The notes beneath the pieces are model-generated. The model was not told the DNA's origin. It made no database searches and saw only the letters and a program-made list of their open reading frames with translations. DNA of 64,000 bases from Eubacteriales bacterium (GTDB lineage: Bacteria > Bacillota > Clostridia > Oscillospirales > CAG-382): the NCBI GenBank assembly GCA_045536935.1, contig JAZSOO010000005.1, forward strand, positions 2,804-66,803, written 5' to 3'. The position numbers and the translations under genes are program-made. This document shows positions 47,334 through 56,571 of the stretch, piece by piece (within the stretch, counting starts at the first letter, position 1; every line of letters begins with the position of its first letter).

Positions 47334-49340
47334 TTAGTTGTTATAAGCCTTTGCGGAATCGCCGTAGCGCATCATTGCTTTTACAAGATCAACGAGAACG
47401 TAATCGGAGCTATCAAGTTTTGCTTCCGCATAAGATTCAATGCTGTAGCGAAGCGTATTACTTACGGCAACACCGTTCTTATATGCGGTCACATAAACTT
47501 CGTCGCTCATCTGTGCAACGCTCAAGCCTTCGAAGAAGACGTAATTGCCATACATATTAGTTTCGAAGCTTTCGGAACCGAGAATCCATTCTTCATTTCC
47601 GCTTGTTACCTTAACGGTAAGGCCTTCGAGCGAATCTGCTTCAAAACGGAAACGCATACCGACAGATTCCTTAAGGTTAAGTCCTGCACCCTTCCAAGTT
47701 ACAGAAGGATTTGAAACGGTTGCATAATTAACGTCAAGAACGGAAGTGAGCGTTCTATCGGAAGATGCCCATGCTTTTTGAGCTGAAGTGAGGTCAGCAT
47801 TGACGTAGGAATTTGTCTTATATCCCATATATTCCTGCGATTTTGCGCCGTAGTTGAGAAGGTCTACGATAAGAGTTCTTAATTTTGCATTGTCGCTATA
47901 ATCAGCCAATGTATTATAGCAATAGTCCTTAATGCTGTAATCAATGGTTTCGCCGAGGCAAACTTCGCCATCTTTAGTAGCATAAAGAGTTGCAGTTATA
48001 GTATCGTTCATCAAATGAGGCGCGATATCGGGAAGGTCGAATACATATTCATCGCCAACGAGCGTATAGTCGGTCACGGTAGTTTTAACTCCGTTCATCT
48101 CAAATACAACGTAGGGGTTCGTGTATGACTTTCCGTCCAATTCGGTTTTGCTTGCTTTGAAGTTGACTGCAATATCGTCGGTTATGGTAAGGCTTGCGTT
48201 AGAGAATTCGAGTTCGTCGGAATGGTCGGGCATTCCGTTAGGAGTAGCGTAGATCTGGAGGGTTCTGCCCGTGCTGGTAATTGTAGAAGTATGAATTATC
48301 CAACCGTAATGAGTCTCGCCGTCCAATTCAAACTTGGAATAGAGCATTGTATTGCCATAGTTATCTTCTTCAATCTTTGTAACCTCGAAGATAGAAGACA
48401 TGGGAAGCGTCCAAGTCGCATCATCATCGTCACGCTTTGCATAAACGCTTTTAGCACCCAACGGATTTATGTAAAGACCGAGGGTGGGGTTTGCACCGCT
48501 GTAATCAATTTCGGGAAGGTTGGAAACGGTTTCGTAGGGAAGAATACCGTAGCCTGCGATTTCATCGCTGTCAAGCGCATATTTCTTGAAGAATACGCCG
48601 TCACCGTCGTCTTCAACGGCAGTCTGGGAAGAAGTGTTACCTTCGATGGTATAAACGTAGGTATCATCGGAATACACAACAAGACCGATATGGCCTTCAT
48701 CGAGAGGTTCCCAGCTAACAACAAAGAAAATCAAATCGCCGGGTTGGGGTTTATAGCTTGCTTGAGAAGGCGCCCACGAAGGAATATAATAATCAGCAAA
48801 TCTATATCTGCCTTTATTATAGAGCATATTACTCCAGTGAGGAACATAACTTTCGCCCCAATAGGACTCACCGTCACGTGCCATATTAAGAGCATCACCG
48901 TCATCGTCTCCGCCGGTGAAATTATATATATACGTTCTTTCGCTAGTCGCTTTTGAAGTATACATAACCCAAGAACAGAAGGAAGCACACCATGCCAAAC
49001 CGTTGACGTTTGTATATGCGCCGTATTCGGTGTAGTTGTTGCCACCACCGGTTACACCATCTTCGGCACCAGAGTATCCGCCTTCGAGATAGCCGACCTG
49101 AGACAAAGCAACCGCAACAGCGTCTCTTGCGCCGTCACCTGTAAGAGGAATGCGGTTCTTATTCACATAGTATTTTCCCCAAGTATAGTAGTCCGCCCAA
49201 TATTTATTGGAAGTATAGTCTGAATTTTCAGGAACGGTATCCCACGTGAACGTATCCGCCGAAACAGTGATAGCCAAGGAAGAAAACGCAAGAATCATCG
49301 CCAAAGAAAGCGAAACGATCCTTTTGAAATTAGTTTTCAT
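47334..49340 (-). CDS. secreted CHAP-domain (NlpC/P60-like) cell-wall hydrolase with a long uncharacterised C-terminal region
   Basis: Signal peptide (MKTNFKRIVSLSLAMILAFSSLAITVSA). A CHAP-like Cys/His pair is present (LAWCASFCSW ... GHIGLVV ... EGNT). About 400 further residues are unassigned. Confidence 0.7.
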   Translation of the reverse strand: MKTNFKRIVSLSLAMILAFSSLAITVSADTFTWDTVPENSDYTSNKYWADYYTWGKYYVNKNRIPLTGDGARDAVAVALSQVGYLEGGYSGAEDGVTGGGNNYTEYGAYTNVNGLAWCASFCSWVMYTSKATSERTYIYNFTGGDDDGDALNMARDGESYWGESYVPHWSNMLYNKGRYRFADYYIPSWAPSQASYKPQPGDLIFFVVSWEPLDEGHIGLVVYSDDTYVYTIEGNTSSQTAVEDDGDGVFFKKYALDSDEIAGYGILPYETVSNLPEIDYSGANPTLGLYINPLGAKSVYAKRDDDDATWTLPMSSIFEVTKIEEDNYGNTMLYSKFELDGETHYGWIIHTSTITSTGRTLQIYATPNGMPDHSDELEFSNASLTITDDIAVNFKASKTELDGKSYTNPYVVFEMNGVKTTVTDYTLVGDEYVFDLPDIAPHLMNDTITATLYATKDGEVCLGETIDYSIKDYCYNTLADYSDNAKLRTLIVDLLNYGAKSQEYMGYKTNSYVNADLTSAQKAWASSDRTLTSVLDVNYATVSNPSVTWKGAGLNLKESVGMRFRFEADSLEGLTVKVTSGNEEWILGSESFETNMYGNYVFFEGLSVAQMSDEVYVTAYKNGVAVSNTLRYSIESYAEAKLDSSDYVLVDLVKAMMRYGDSAKAYNN

Positions 49341-49485
49341 GAAAGTAGCCTCCTAATAGTAAGCATAAAACTTTAATATAAAGTATTTTTAACGTTTCGA
49401 ACAATATCGAGATACAAGTCGATAGTTGCACCAATACGAATTCAGTATATAACATTCAAAGCTGTTTGTCAATAGTTCGTTTGGG

Positions 49486-49523
49486 CAAAAAAACACCGCC
49501 GAAATCAATCGACGGTGTTTTTA
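49486..49523. terminator. terminator after the purine permease gene
   Basis: AAAAAAACACCG-ccgaaatcaatcga-CGGTGTTTTT, usable in both orientations. Confidence 0.7.
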
Positions 49524-49536
49524 CGGTTTGTAGTTA

Positions 49537-50994
49537 TTACATTGTTACGAAAGCAAATTTTGCGATGAAGATAAGGGCAATAAGAGTTGCTATCAAATCG
49601 TTCTTCTTGAATTTGCCGGTGAAGAGAGTGATAAGAACGTATGCGATACAGCCTATACCTATACCGTTGGAGATAGAATAGGTGAGCGGCATCATAATGA
49701 GTGTGAGGAACGCAGGAACTGCACTTCTCATATCTTTCATATCGACGTTTGCAAAGTTCTTAAGCATAAGAACACCAACGAAGATGAGCGCAGGTGCGGT
49801 CGCACAGGAAGGGACGATGTTTGCAAGAGGTGTGAGGAACAAGCATACGAGGAAGCAAAGCGAGGTAACAAAGCTTGCAAAGCCAGTTCTTGCGCCTGCA
49901 GCAACGCCAGAAGCACATTCAACGAAGGTGGTGCAGGTGGAAGTGCCGATCGCAGCACCGGTAACGGTAGCAACGGAGTCACACATCATAGCTTTATTCA
50001 TATCGATGGGGTCGCCGTTTTCGTCAAGCATACCTGCTTCGGTAGCAGCGCCGTAAAGAGTTCCTACGGTATCGAACATATCTACGATACAGAAGGAGAT
50101 CACGAGAACGATCGCAGAGAAGATACCGCCGATATGTGCGCCGTTGAAGGCAAGATCCCAAGATTCACCCTTGAAGAGACCTGTGATACCTACCTCTCCG
50201 AAATCCTTGAACGCCTGACCGATAGAGGAAAGGTCAAACGTGGGAACCTGCCAGGTTGCTACGTAGTAAAGAACAGCAGAGGAAAGGACACCGATAAGAA
50301 CGTTACCCTTTACGTTAAGTTTATTGAGAACAGCGATAATGATGAAACCAACAAAGGTTACTACTGCAGGAGCAACAGTTCTCCAAGCTTCGAGCGCAGT
50401 AACTCCTTCCTGAGAGAAAGCACCGTTGATGTCAACGAACTGAACGAAGGTATACTGATTTGCAGTAATAAGTCCTGCGTTTTTAAAGCCGATAAAAGCG
50501 ATAAACAAGCCGATACCTGCAGGGATAGACTTCTTAAGGCATTCGGGCATTGCTTTTGCTATATATTCTCTTGCGCCCGTAACCGAAAGAATAAGGAATA
50601 CGATACCGGAAAGGAATACGATTACCATACCCGAATGGTAACCGCCGATAAGGTCAACGCCTGCAAAATATGCACCCGAAATGAAGCAAGTGCAGAAGAA
50701 GGAGTTAAGACCCATACCGCACGCCTGAGCATACGGGAGTTTTGCATAAAATGCATAAAGCATCGTGCCTATGAAAGCGATCAAGACAGACGCAATGAAA
50801 ACGGAGTTCCAAATTTTGCCAAGAGCAACGGGATCTGCACCGAGACCTGCAAGCCAGCCGTTTGAGCCTTCAGCGGCAACCTGAGCAGGGTTGACGAAGA
50901 TAATGTACGCCATTGCAAAAAAGGTCGTTAGACCGCCGACGATCTCTTTACGGTAGTTAGAGCCACGTTCGGTGATCTTAAAAAACTTGTCCAT
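49537..50994 (-). CDS. NCS2-family purine permease (adenine/guanine/hypoxanthine, PbuG/AzgA-like)
   Basis: 485 aa and polytopic, with an N-terminus (FKITERGSNYRKEIVGGLTTFFAMAYIIFVNP) typical of AzgA-type purine permeases. Confidence 0.85.
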   Translation of the reverse strand: MDKFFKITERGSNYRKEIVGGLTTFFAMAYIIFVNPAQVAAEGSNGWLAGLGADPVALGKIWNSVFIASVLIAFIGTMLYAFYAKLPYAQACGMGLNSFFCTCFISGAYFAGVDLIGGYHSGMVIVFLSGIVFLILSVTGAREYIAKAMPECLKKSIPAGIGLFIAFIGFKNAGLITANQYTFVQFVDINGAFSQEGVTALEAWRTVAPAVVTFVGFIIIAVLNKLNVKGNVLIGVLSSAVLYYVATWQVPTFDLSSIGQAFKDFGEVGITGLFKGESWDLAFNGAHIGGIFSAIVLVISFCIVDMFDTVGTLYGAATEAGMLDENGDPIDMNKAMMCDSVATVTGAAIGTSTCTTFVECASGVAAGARTGFASFVTSLCFLVCLFLTPLANIVPSCATAPALIFVGVLMLKNFANVDMKDMRSAVPAFLTLIMMPLTYSISNGIGIGCIAYVLITLFTGKFKKNDLIATLIALIFIAKFAFVTM

Positions 50995-51025
50995 AAATTT
51001 CCTCCTATATAAAAAATATACGCAT

Positions 51026-51054
51026 ATTATACATCGTTAAATAATAAAATGCAA
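51026..51054 (-). promoter_or_regulatory. candidate promoter of the purine permease gene
   Basis: On the minus strand, TTGCAT, a 17-nt spacer, then TATAAT. The leader is short and contains no riboswitch. Confidence 0.5.
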
Positions 51055-51102
51055 TATTTTTTATCATTTTGGTGCAATATATATTAATTTATTGGTTTTT
51101 TC

Positions 51103-51131
51103 TTGACATATATTGAAAAGCAATTTAAAAT
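51103..51131 (+). promoter_or_regulatory. candidate promoter of the phosphoribosyltransferase gene
   Basis: TTGACA (51103-51108), a 17-nt spacer, then TAAAAT (51126-51131). Confidence 0.5.
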
Positions 51132-51167
51132 ATACAAAGAACGAATTCGGAACGCAGGAGATTTGAA

Positions 51168-51725
51168 ATGAAAAAATCATACACACTTAACGTTGCAGGA
51201 GTTCAAAGAGAACTTCCCCTCTGCCCTCTCAACGACGAGCTTTCTATTGCAGCTTTCGTTATTTTCGGCGACGTAGAGCTTACCAGTGCTTGCGCAAGAG
51301 AGCTTTTGAAGATTGCGCCCGAGCACGACGTGATGATAACCTCTGAAAGCAAGGGTATTCCGCTTATCTTCGAGATGGCACGTCAGGCAGGCGTTAACAG
51401 ATATATTCTCGCAAGAAAGATGCAAAAACTTTATATGAGCGATACTTTTGCTTGCGAAGTGAACTCTATCACCACCGCCAAGAAGCAGACACTTTACCTT
51501 GACGGCAAGGATGCAGAATTTATGAACGGAAAGAGAGTTCTTATCGTTGATGACGTTATAAGTACGGGAGATTCTCTCCGTGCTATTGAGGAATTGGTCA
51601 AACGTGCAGGCGGAAATATCGTCGGTAAAATGGCTATCCTTGCGGAAGGCGATGCCAAGGACAGAGAAGACATCAAATATCTTGAAGTCCTTCCCCTTTT
51701 CAAAGCCGACGGTACGGCGCTTTAA
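51168..51725 (+). CDS. purine phosphoribosyltransferase-family protein (Xpt/Apt-like)
   Basis: 185 aa with PRPP motif VLIVDDVISTGDSL and an Xpt-like layout. It is divergent from the purine permease. Confidence 0.7.
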   Translation: MKKSYTLNVAGVQRELPLCPLNDELSIAAFVIFGDVELTSACARELLKIAPEHDVMITSESKGIPLIFEMARQAGVNRYILARKMQKLYMSDTFACEVNSITTAKKQTLYLDGKDAEFMNGKRVLIVDDVISTGDSLRAIEELVKRAGGNIVGKMAILAEGDAKDREDIKYLEVLPLFKADGTAL

Positions 51726-51740
51726 CAATAAATACAAAGC

Positions 51741-51779
51741 AGGCACAAAAGAGGTCCCTTCCCTTTTGTGCCTTTTTTT
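51741..51779. terminator. terminator between the PRTase gene and the convergent oxidoreductase gene
   Basis: AGGCACAAAAG-aggtcccttcc-CTTTTGTGCCT followed by TTTTTTT. Confidence 0.75.
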
Positions 51780-53076
51780 ATAATTGTTTATCGTCGGTTG
51801 CAGGGTTATTCAAAAGATTACCGTTTTCATCAAAACGGGAGCCGTGGCAGGGACAATCCCAGGAATGTTCTGCGGAATTATATTTTAATGCACAGCCAAG
51901 ATGAGGGCATCTTGGTACGGTTGGGGTTAAAATACCTAAAATTGATTCGAATGCATTGACCGCTAATTGAGGTCTTATAACCGTTCTTGACGGTGAGAAA
52001 ACCGGAGCATATTTATTTTCTTTTCCCTGTACGAGATCCGAAAGTATCATAGCAGACAGCATTGACGACGACATACCCCATTTATTAAATCCCGTTGCGA
52101 CGAACAAGTTTGGGGTGTTTCTTGAATATTGGCCGATATAAGGAACACCGTCCAACGACATACAGTCCTGCGTTGCCCATTTATTAACTATTTTTGCCGT
52201 TGGGTAATGCTTGCGTGCAAATTCCATGAGTTCTTTCCAGTTACCTCCTTGTTTGCCAGTGCGGTGACCGCCTCCGCCGAGCAAGAGCAGATTTTTATAG
52301 TTACGAAAGGAAAGCCCCTTATCGCTTTCGTCAACGTACATTCCCTCAACGTTATTTGCATTTTCAAGCGCAATAACGTAGGAACGGTGCTGATAGAGCT
52401 TTAAAAAATACAAACCGTGTTTATTTATCATCGGGAAATGCGTTGCTATAATTATTCTATTGCAATCGATCTCGCCGTGATTGGTTATTGCTTTATTTGG
52501 CAGAAGTTCTAAAACCTTTGTGTTTTCATATATGGGAAGCTCTTTTGATATTTCATACAAAAATTTTAACGGGTTGAACTGTGCTTGGTTCTTTACGGAC
52601 ACCGCCGCCGCAATTTCAAACGGAAGGTTGATTTTTCTATAAAATTCGGTTTGTATACCGAGCGCTTTTAATGCCAAGTATTCTTTTTTGATTTTTGCTT
52701 CATCTTCAAGCGAATAAACGAAAGAATCCTTATATTCAAAATCACATTCAATATTTGCGCACAGCTCTGCATATTTATCGCAAGCGTCCTTTTGTGCTTT
52801 ATAATAAAGCCGTGCAGTATTCGCCCCAAAGCGGTTTATGAGTTTATTGTATAATAAACCGTGCTGAAGGGTTATTTTTGCGGTTGTGTTTTCGGTCACA
52901 CCGTTGCAAATCGACTTTTCTTCGACCAAAAGGCAATCCACGCCCGATTTTTTAAGCATATACGCACACAGTATCCCTGCAATTCCGCCTCCGATGATAA
53001 GCACATCGGTCTTTATATCTTTGTTGAGTTTCGGGAAAGTCGGTTTATTAGAATTTTCCGTCCAAATTGAATTCAC
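51778..53076 (-). CDS. FAD-dependent oxidoreductase with a C-terminal Rieske [2Fe-2S] domain (YhfW-like)
   Basis: N-terminal dinucleotide-binding motif DVLIIGGGIAG and a C-terminal Rieske motif CPHLGC...CPCHGSRF. It uses a GTG start. Confidence 0.8.
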   Translation of the reverse strand: MNSIWTENSNKPTFPKLNKDIKTDVLIIGGGIAGILCAYMLKKSGVDCLLVEEKSICNGVTENTTAKITLQHGLLYNKLINRFGANTARLYYKAQKDACDKYAELCANIECDFEYKDSFVYSLEDEAKIKKEYLALKALGIQTEFYRKINLPFEIAAAVSVKNQAQFNPLKFLYEISKELPIYENTKVLELLPNKAITNHGEIDCNRIIIATHFPMINKHGLYFLKLYQHRSYVIALENANNVEGMYVDESDKGLSFRNYKNLLLLGGGGHRTGKQGGNWKELMEFARKHYPTAKIVNKWATQDCMSLDGVPYIGQYSRNTPNLFVATGFNKWGMSSSMLSAMILSDLVQGKENKYAPVFSPSRTVIRPQLAVNAFESILGILTPTVPRCPHLGCALKYNSAEHSWDCPCHGSRFDENGNLLNNPATDDKQL

Positions 53077-53124
53077 ATTATCACATCCTTTGGTTTATTA
53101 TACCTTGAATATGATAAGATATAC

Positions 53125-53160
53125 AATCACCCCGACAATCACCCCGACAATCACCCCAAA
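53125..53160 (+). repeat. tandem 12-mer repeat (AATCACCCCGAC x2 plus a degenerate third copy)
   Basis: AATCACCCCGAC at 53125 and 53137, and AATCACCCCAAA at 53149. It lies next to the FliB-like gene terminator and just upstream of the oxidoreductase promoter. Confidence 0.8.
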
Positions 53161-53162
53161 AA

Positions 53163-53190
53163 GAACCGCCGAGATTTTTTCTCGGCGGTG
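53163..53190 (-). terminator. terminator of the FliB-like gene
   Basis: On the minus strand, ACCGCCGAG-aaaaaatc-CTCGGCGGT followed by TCTTTTT. Confidence 0.7.
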
Positions 53191-53196
53191 CGTTAT

Positions 53197-54081
53197 TTAA
53201 TACATCAAGGATTCGGTATTATCCTCTGAATATTCTATTTCTTCGGAAATTATACTTGCAAGCACGGCAATCTCCTGCAATGACTCTGCCTTTTGTGAAC
53301 TCATAAGCGAAGCCAAGAGTCTTTCGCAGAACAGGCAAAATGCTAACCGAGAGCAAAAATCTTCTTCATCAAAGGCTTCCGTACAATGGCGGTAGATAAA
53401 ATAAGCCAAGGCTCTTTCCAAATACTCGTCTTTACCGTTAGGACGTGTTTGCGATGAATAGGTCATAAATAATTCTTTATGAGTATTATCAAGGTATTCC
53501 AAAGAATCGATTATTTTCAGCCATTCGCTGTCATCGCCGACGTTAATTCCGTATTCACGGTAGATTCGCTCGAGCTTTGTTTTGTAATCAATATTTTCAT
53601 CACGCAATGTTTTATATAGCTTGGTGCGTTCGGAAATGCCGTCCAAAGCAATTACATCTTCATCGGCAGTAAGCTCTCCGATCTCTTCAAAGACATCGTA
53701 ATTCGGAGAAGAAAGAATTATCCTTGCAGCTTCACGGCAGGACATACCAAGTCCAACCTCGGCAATTCTTGTATAGTTATAAAACCTTGGGTGTTCTCGG
53801 CAGATATCGCAAAGGTAATCCTCGCCTACGTTTAGAATGATCTTACACAATCCGTTTTCATTAAGGTGCGGACATCTGTCGTGTGCACAAAGCTTGAAAT
53901 GCGGTGTTTCCTGCAAAGAAATGCTGTTTATGATATTTGGAGCATAGCTGTTCTTTAGATTTTTATATTTTTCGAAGGTCGATTCATCAATATCAATTTC
54001 CCAACCGATACAACAGCTATGTTCGCATTTATCCGCAATGCATATAAAGTTTTTATAATATTCGGGTGCGTAAAGTTTCAT
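53197..54081 (-). CDS. FliB-family (flagellin lysine-N-methylase-like) cysteine-cluster protein
   Basis: Cys-rich N-terminus FICIADKCEHSCCIGWEIDID...CPHLNENGLCKI...CDICREHPRF, typical of the FliB/YkgJ-like family. No flagellar genes are nearby. Confidence 0.55.
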   Translation of the reverse strand: MKLYAPEYYKNFICIADKCEHSCCIGWEIDIDESTFEKYKNLKNSYAPNIINSISLQETPHFKLCAHDRCPHLNENGLCKIILNVGEDYLCDICREHPRFYNYTRIAEVGLGMSCREAARIILSSPNYDVFEEIGELTADEDVIALDGISERTKLYKTLRDENIDYKTKLERIYREYGINVGDDSEWLKIIDSLEYLDNTHKELFMTYSSQTRPNGKDEYLERALAYFIYRHCTEAFDEEDFCSRLAFCLFCERLLASLMSSQKAESLQEIAVLASIISEEIEYSEDNTESLMY

Positions 54082-54084
54082 TTT

Positions 54085-54942
54085 TTACTTCTTATCAAAA
54101 AGTGCTCTGCGTTCGGTTGAGTGGCGCATCATCTTTCTCATTCCGTCAATATCCTCGGATTTGAGCATACTTCTCAATTCGTTGAATTTTGCCGTGAACA
54201 GATCCATTTGTTCAAGCAAAATATCCTTGTTGGCTACGAAAAGCTCGCTCCACATCAAATCGTTGATGCGTGCGATTCTTGTAAGGTCTCGGAACGAGTC
54301 GCCCGTGAACTTTTCCATATCTTCTTTATCGTTACACGTCATAAGAGTTACGGCGATACAGTGAGTGAGCTGAGAAAGGAAGCCTATCATTTCGTCATGC
54401 TCCTCGGGCGAGAGTTTGGTCACGTTTGAAAAACCGAGCAGTCTGCCAAGCTCCATACAGGTCTGTATCGCTTCGGGAGTGTTTTTATCGGTGGGAGTTA
54501 CAATATAGTTTGCACCGATGAACATTTTGTCCGTGCTGTTTTCAACACCCGAGACCTCACGGCCTGCCATAGGGTGTGCCGCAATAAATTCCACGTCGGG
54601 ACGAAGCATATTTTGGATATTATACACGATACTTCCCTTAACACCGGTTACGTCGGTAATGAGCGCTCCGCTTTTGAAAAGACTTTGATTCTGTTCTATC
54701 CATTCAACGAACACGTGCGGATACAGTGCAAAGATAACAAGGTCTGCACTGCCGATAATCTCTTCATCGATCTCGGTTGAGCCCTCGTCGATCATGCCCT
54801 CTCTTATGGCATAGTCTATCGAGCTTTGGTCGAGAGTAATTGCGCTGATATGAAAACCGAAACGTTTTAACACCTTTGCATAGCTTCCGCCCAAAAGACC
54901 GAGCCCGACAATTAATATTTTCTTACTTACGTCAACTATCAT
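54085..54942 (-). CDS. tyrA: prephenate dehydrogenase
   Basis: Rossmann motif ILIVGLGLLGGS and a PDH core (HPMAG). It is the last gene of the aro operon. Confidence 0.88.
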   Translation of the reverse strand: MIVDVSKKILIVGLGLLGGSYAKVLKRFGFHISAITLDQSSIDYAIREGMIDEGSTEIDEEIIGSADLVIFALYPHVFVEWIEQNQSLFKSGALITDVTGVKGSIVYNIQNMLRPDVEFIAAHPMAGREVSGVENSTDKMFIGANYIVTPTDKNTPEAIQTCMELGRLLGFSNVTKLSPEEHDEMIGFLSQLTHCIAVTLMTCNDKEDMEKFTGDSFRDLTRIARINDLMWSELFVANKDILLEQMDLFTAKFNELRSMLKSEDIDGMRKMMRHSTERRALFDKK

Positions 54943-56141
54943 AATAATTCCACTTCTGCTTTAAGCTGTTTTATATCCTCAAAAAACGACGGATAGCTTT
55001 TTCTTACGGCTTCTATACCCTCTATCGTACCGCCGATCTTTGAAAGGACAACCGACAATGACATTACGATACGGTGGTCGTTGTGTCCGTTGAGTGCCAA
55101 CCCTTTATATTGAAGGTTTTGCTTTGGTACGGTTATTGTATTATCTCCGAAAATCAATCCGCCACCGAGCTTTGAAAGCTCTTCGTGCATTGCAAGACCT
55201 CTGTCGCTTTCCTTTGCTTTTAATCGGTCTGTGCCTATGAAGGTAGCACCGTTTTTCATTGCCGAAAGAGCAAACAATATCGGCCCGAGGTCGGGACAAT
55301 CGGAGATATCAAGCGTTGGTGTGCCGTTTGAGATTTGGTCGAAATAATCCGAATACACTCTGTCACCCTGCAGGCTGTCTGATTTCAGGTTTCCTATCCG
55401 AATATCCGAGCCGAGATGATTGAATGCATCGAGGAATGCGGCATTGGAATAATCTCCCTCGATCTTGCCCGAAAAGGAGTTCATCTTTGAAGGTTTTATA
55501 TCAATTCTGTATTCGTCGGCAAACGATACTTCCGCACCGAAAGATCTGAGGGCAGATATTGTCAAATCAATATACGATCTGCTCTCAAAGGGCGGAAGAA
55601 TCTCTATTGATGAATCTTTATTCAAATATACAAGAGCAAAGATAAGTCCCGTAATAAACTGACTGCTTATATCTCCCCGTACCTTATATGAACCGCTGTC
55701 AAGATTTCCGCAAAGTGTTACGGAAGTTTTGTCTTTGGTAAAAGCAAAGCCTTTTTCTTGGCAAAGAGCTTCATATACGTCAAGCGGTCGTTCGAGAAGC
55801 CTTTCACTGCCCTTAAGGACAACGGTTTTGCCCAAGCACAAGGCAAGAGGAATGAAAAAGCGAAGAGTGCTTCCGCTTTCTCTGCATTCCAATATCGGAG
55901 CATCAGACTGCATAAATCCTTGCGGATCTACTGTCACCTTGTCCTCATCGACGGTTATATTTGCCCCCAATGCTTTAAGGCAATCGATACTTGCAAGAAT
56001 ATCCTCGCTGTAATCAACGCCCGAAAGAACACATTTATTCCCCGACAAAGCCGCACCGATAAGGTATCTGTGCGCCATACTTTTGGAAGGCGGTGCAGAT
56101 ATTGTTCCTTTCAATATGCTTGGCTTGAATATTGCTGTCAT
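54939..56141 (-). CDS. aroA: 3-phosphoshikimate 1-carboxyvinyltransferase (EPSP synthase)
   Basis: 400 aa with EPSPS motifs (PPSKSMAHR, LKAKESDR, NGHNDHRIVMS). Confidence 0.93.
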   Translation of the reverse strand: MTAIFKPSILKGTISAPPSKSMAHRYLIGAALSGNKCVLSGVDYSEDILASIDCLKALGANITVDEDKVTVDPQGFMQSDAPILECRESGSTLRFFIPLALCLGKTVVLKGSERLLERPLDVYEALCQEKGFAFTKDKTSVTLCGNLDSGSYKVRGDISSQFITGLIFALVYLNKDSSIEILPPFESRSYIDLTISALRSFGAEVSFADEYRIDIKPSKMNSFSGKIEGDYSNAAFLDAFNHLGSDIRIGNLKSDSLQGDRVYSDYFDQISNGTPTLDISDCPDLGPILFALSAMKNGATFIGTDRLKAKESDRGLAMHEELSKLGGGLIFGDNTITVPKQNLQYKGLALNGHNDHRIVMSLSVVLSKIGGTIEGIEAVRKSYPSFFEDIKQLKAEVELL

Positions 56142-56142
56142 C

Positions 56143-56571
56143 TTATTTTTCCTCGATAAGAAAATCTATTGCTTCAAGGTATCCGTCGGTGCCGTGTCCT
56201 GTTATAGTCTTAACGCAAGCAAGGCGAACGTAGCTTATCTGACGGAAATCCTCACGTTCCTCTACTTTCGAGATATGAACCTCAACAGTCGGGATATTGA
56301 CAGATTTTACGGCATCAAGAATTGCGATGCTCGTATGGGTATAGGCACCCGGATTTATAACGATACCGTCGGCAGAACCGTATGCACCTTGAATCTTATC
56401 CACAAGGTCGCCTTCGTGGTTGGATTGGAACAGCTCAACGTCTATATTCTTCTGCTTGCAATGGTTTTCTATTTTTGCCACAAGGTCGGCATAGGTTTCT
56501 TTTCCGTAATGGTCGGGTTCACGAATGCCGAGCATATTCAGGTTTGGTCCGTTTATGACAAGTATCTTCAC
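56143..56571 (-). CDS. aroQ: type II 3-dehydroquinate dehydratase
   Basis: MKILVINGPNLNMLGIREP...FQSNHEGDLVD...NPGAYTHTS. Confidence 0.95.
   Translation of the reverse strand: MKILVINGPNLNMLGIREPDHYGKETYADLVAKIENHCKQKNIDVELFQSNHEGDLVDKIQGAYGSADGIVINPGAYTHTSIAILDAVKSVNIPTVEVHISKVEEREDFRQISYVRLACVKTITGHGTDGYLEAIDFLIEEK

Noticed and set aside
50995-51167. Purine riboswitch expected upstream of the purine permease or the PRTase gene
   Set aside because: Both leaders are short, about 30-40 nt after good promoters. They contain no P1/J1-2 UAUAAU...CCGUAAAU-type purine aptamer.
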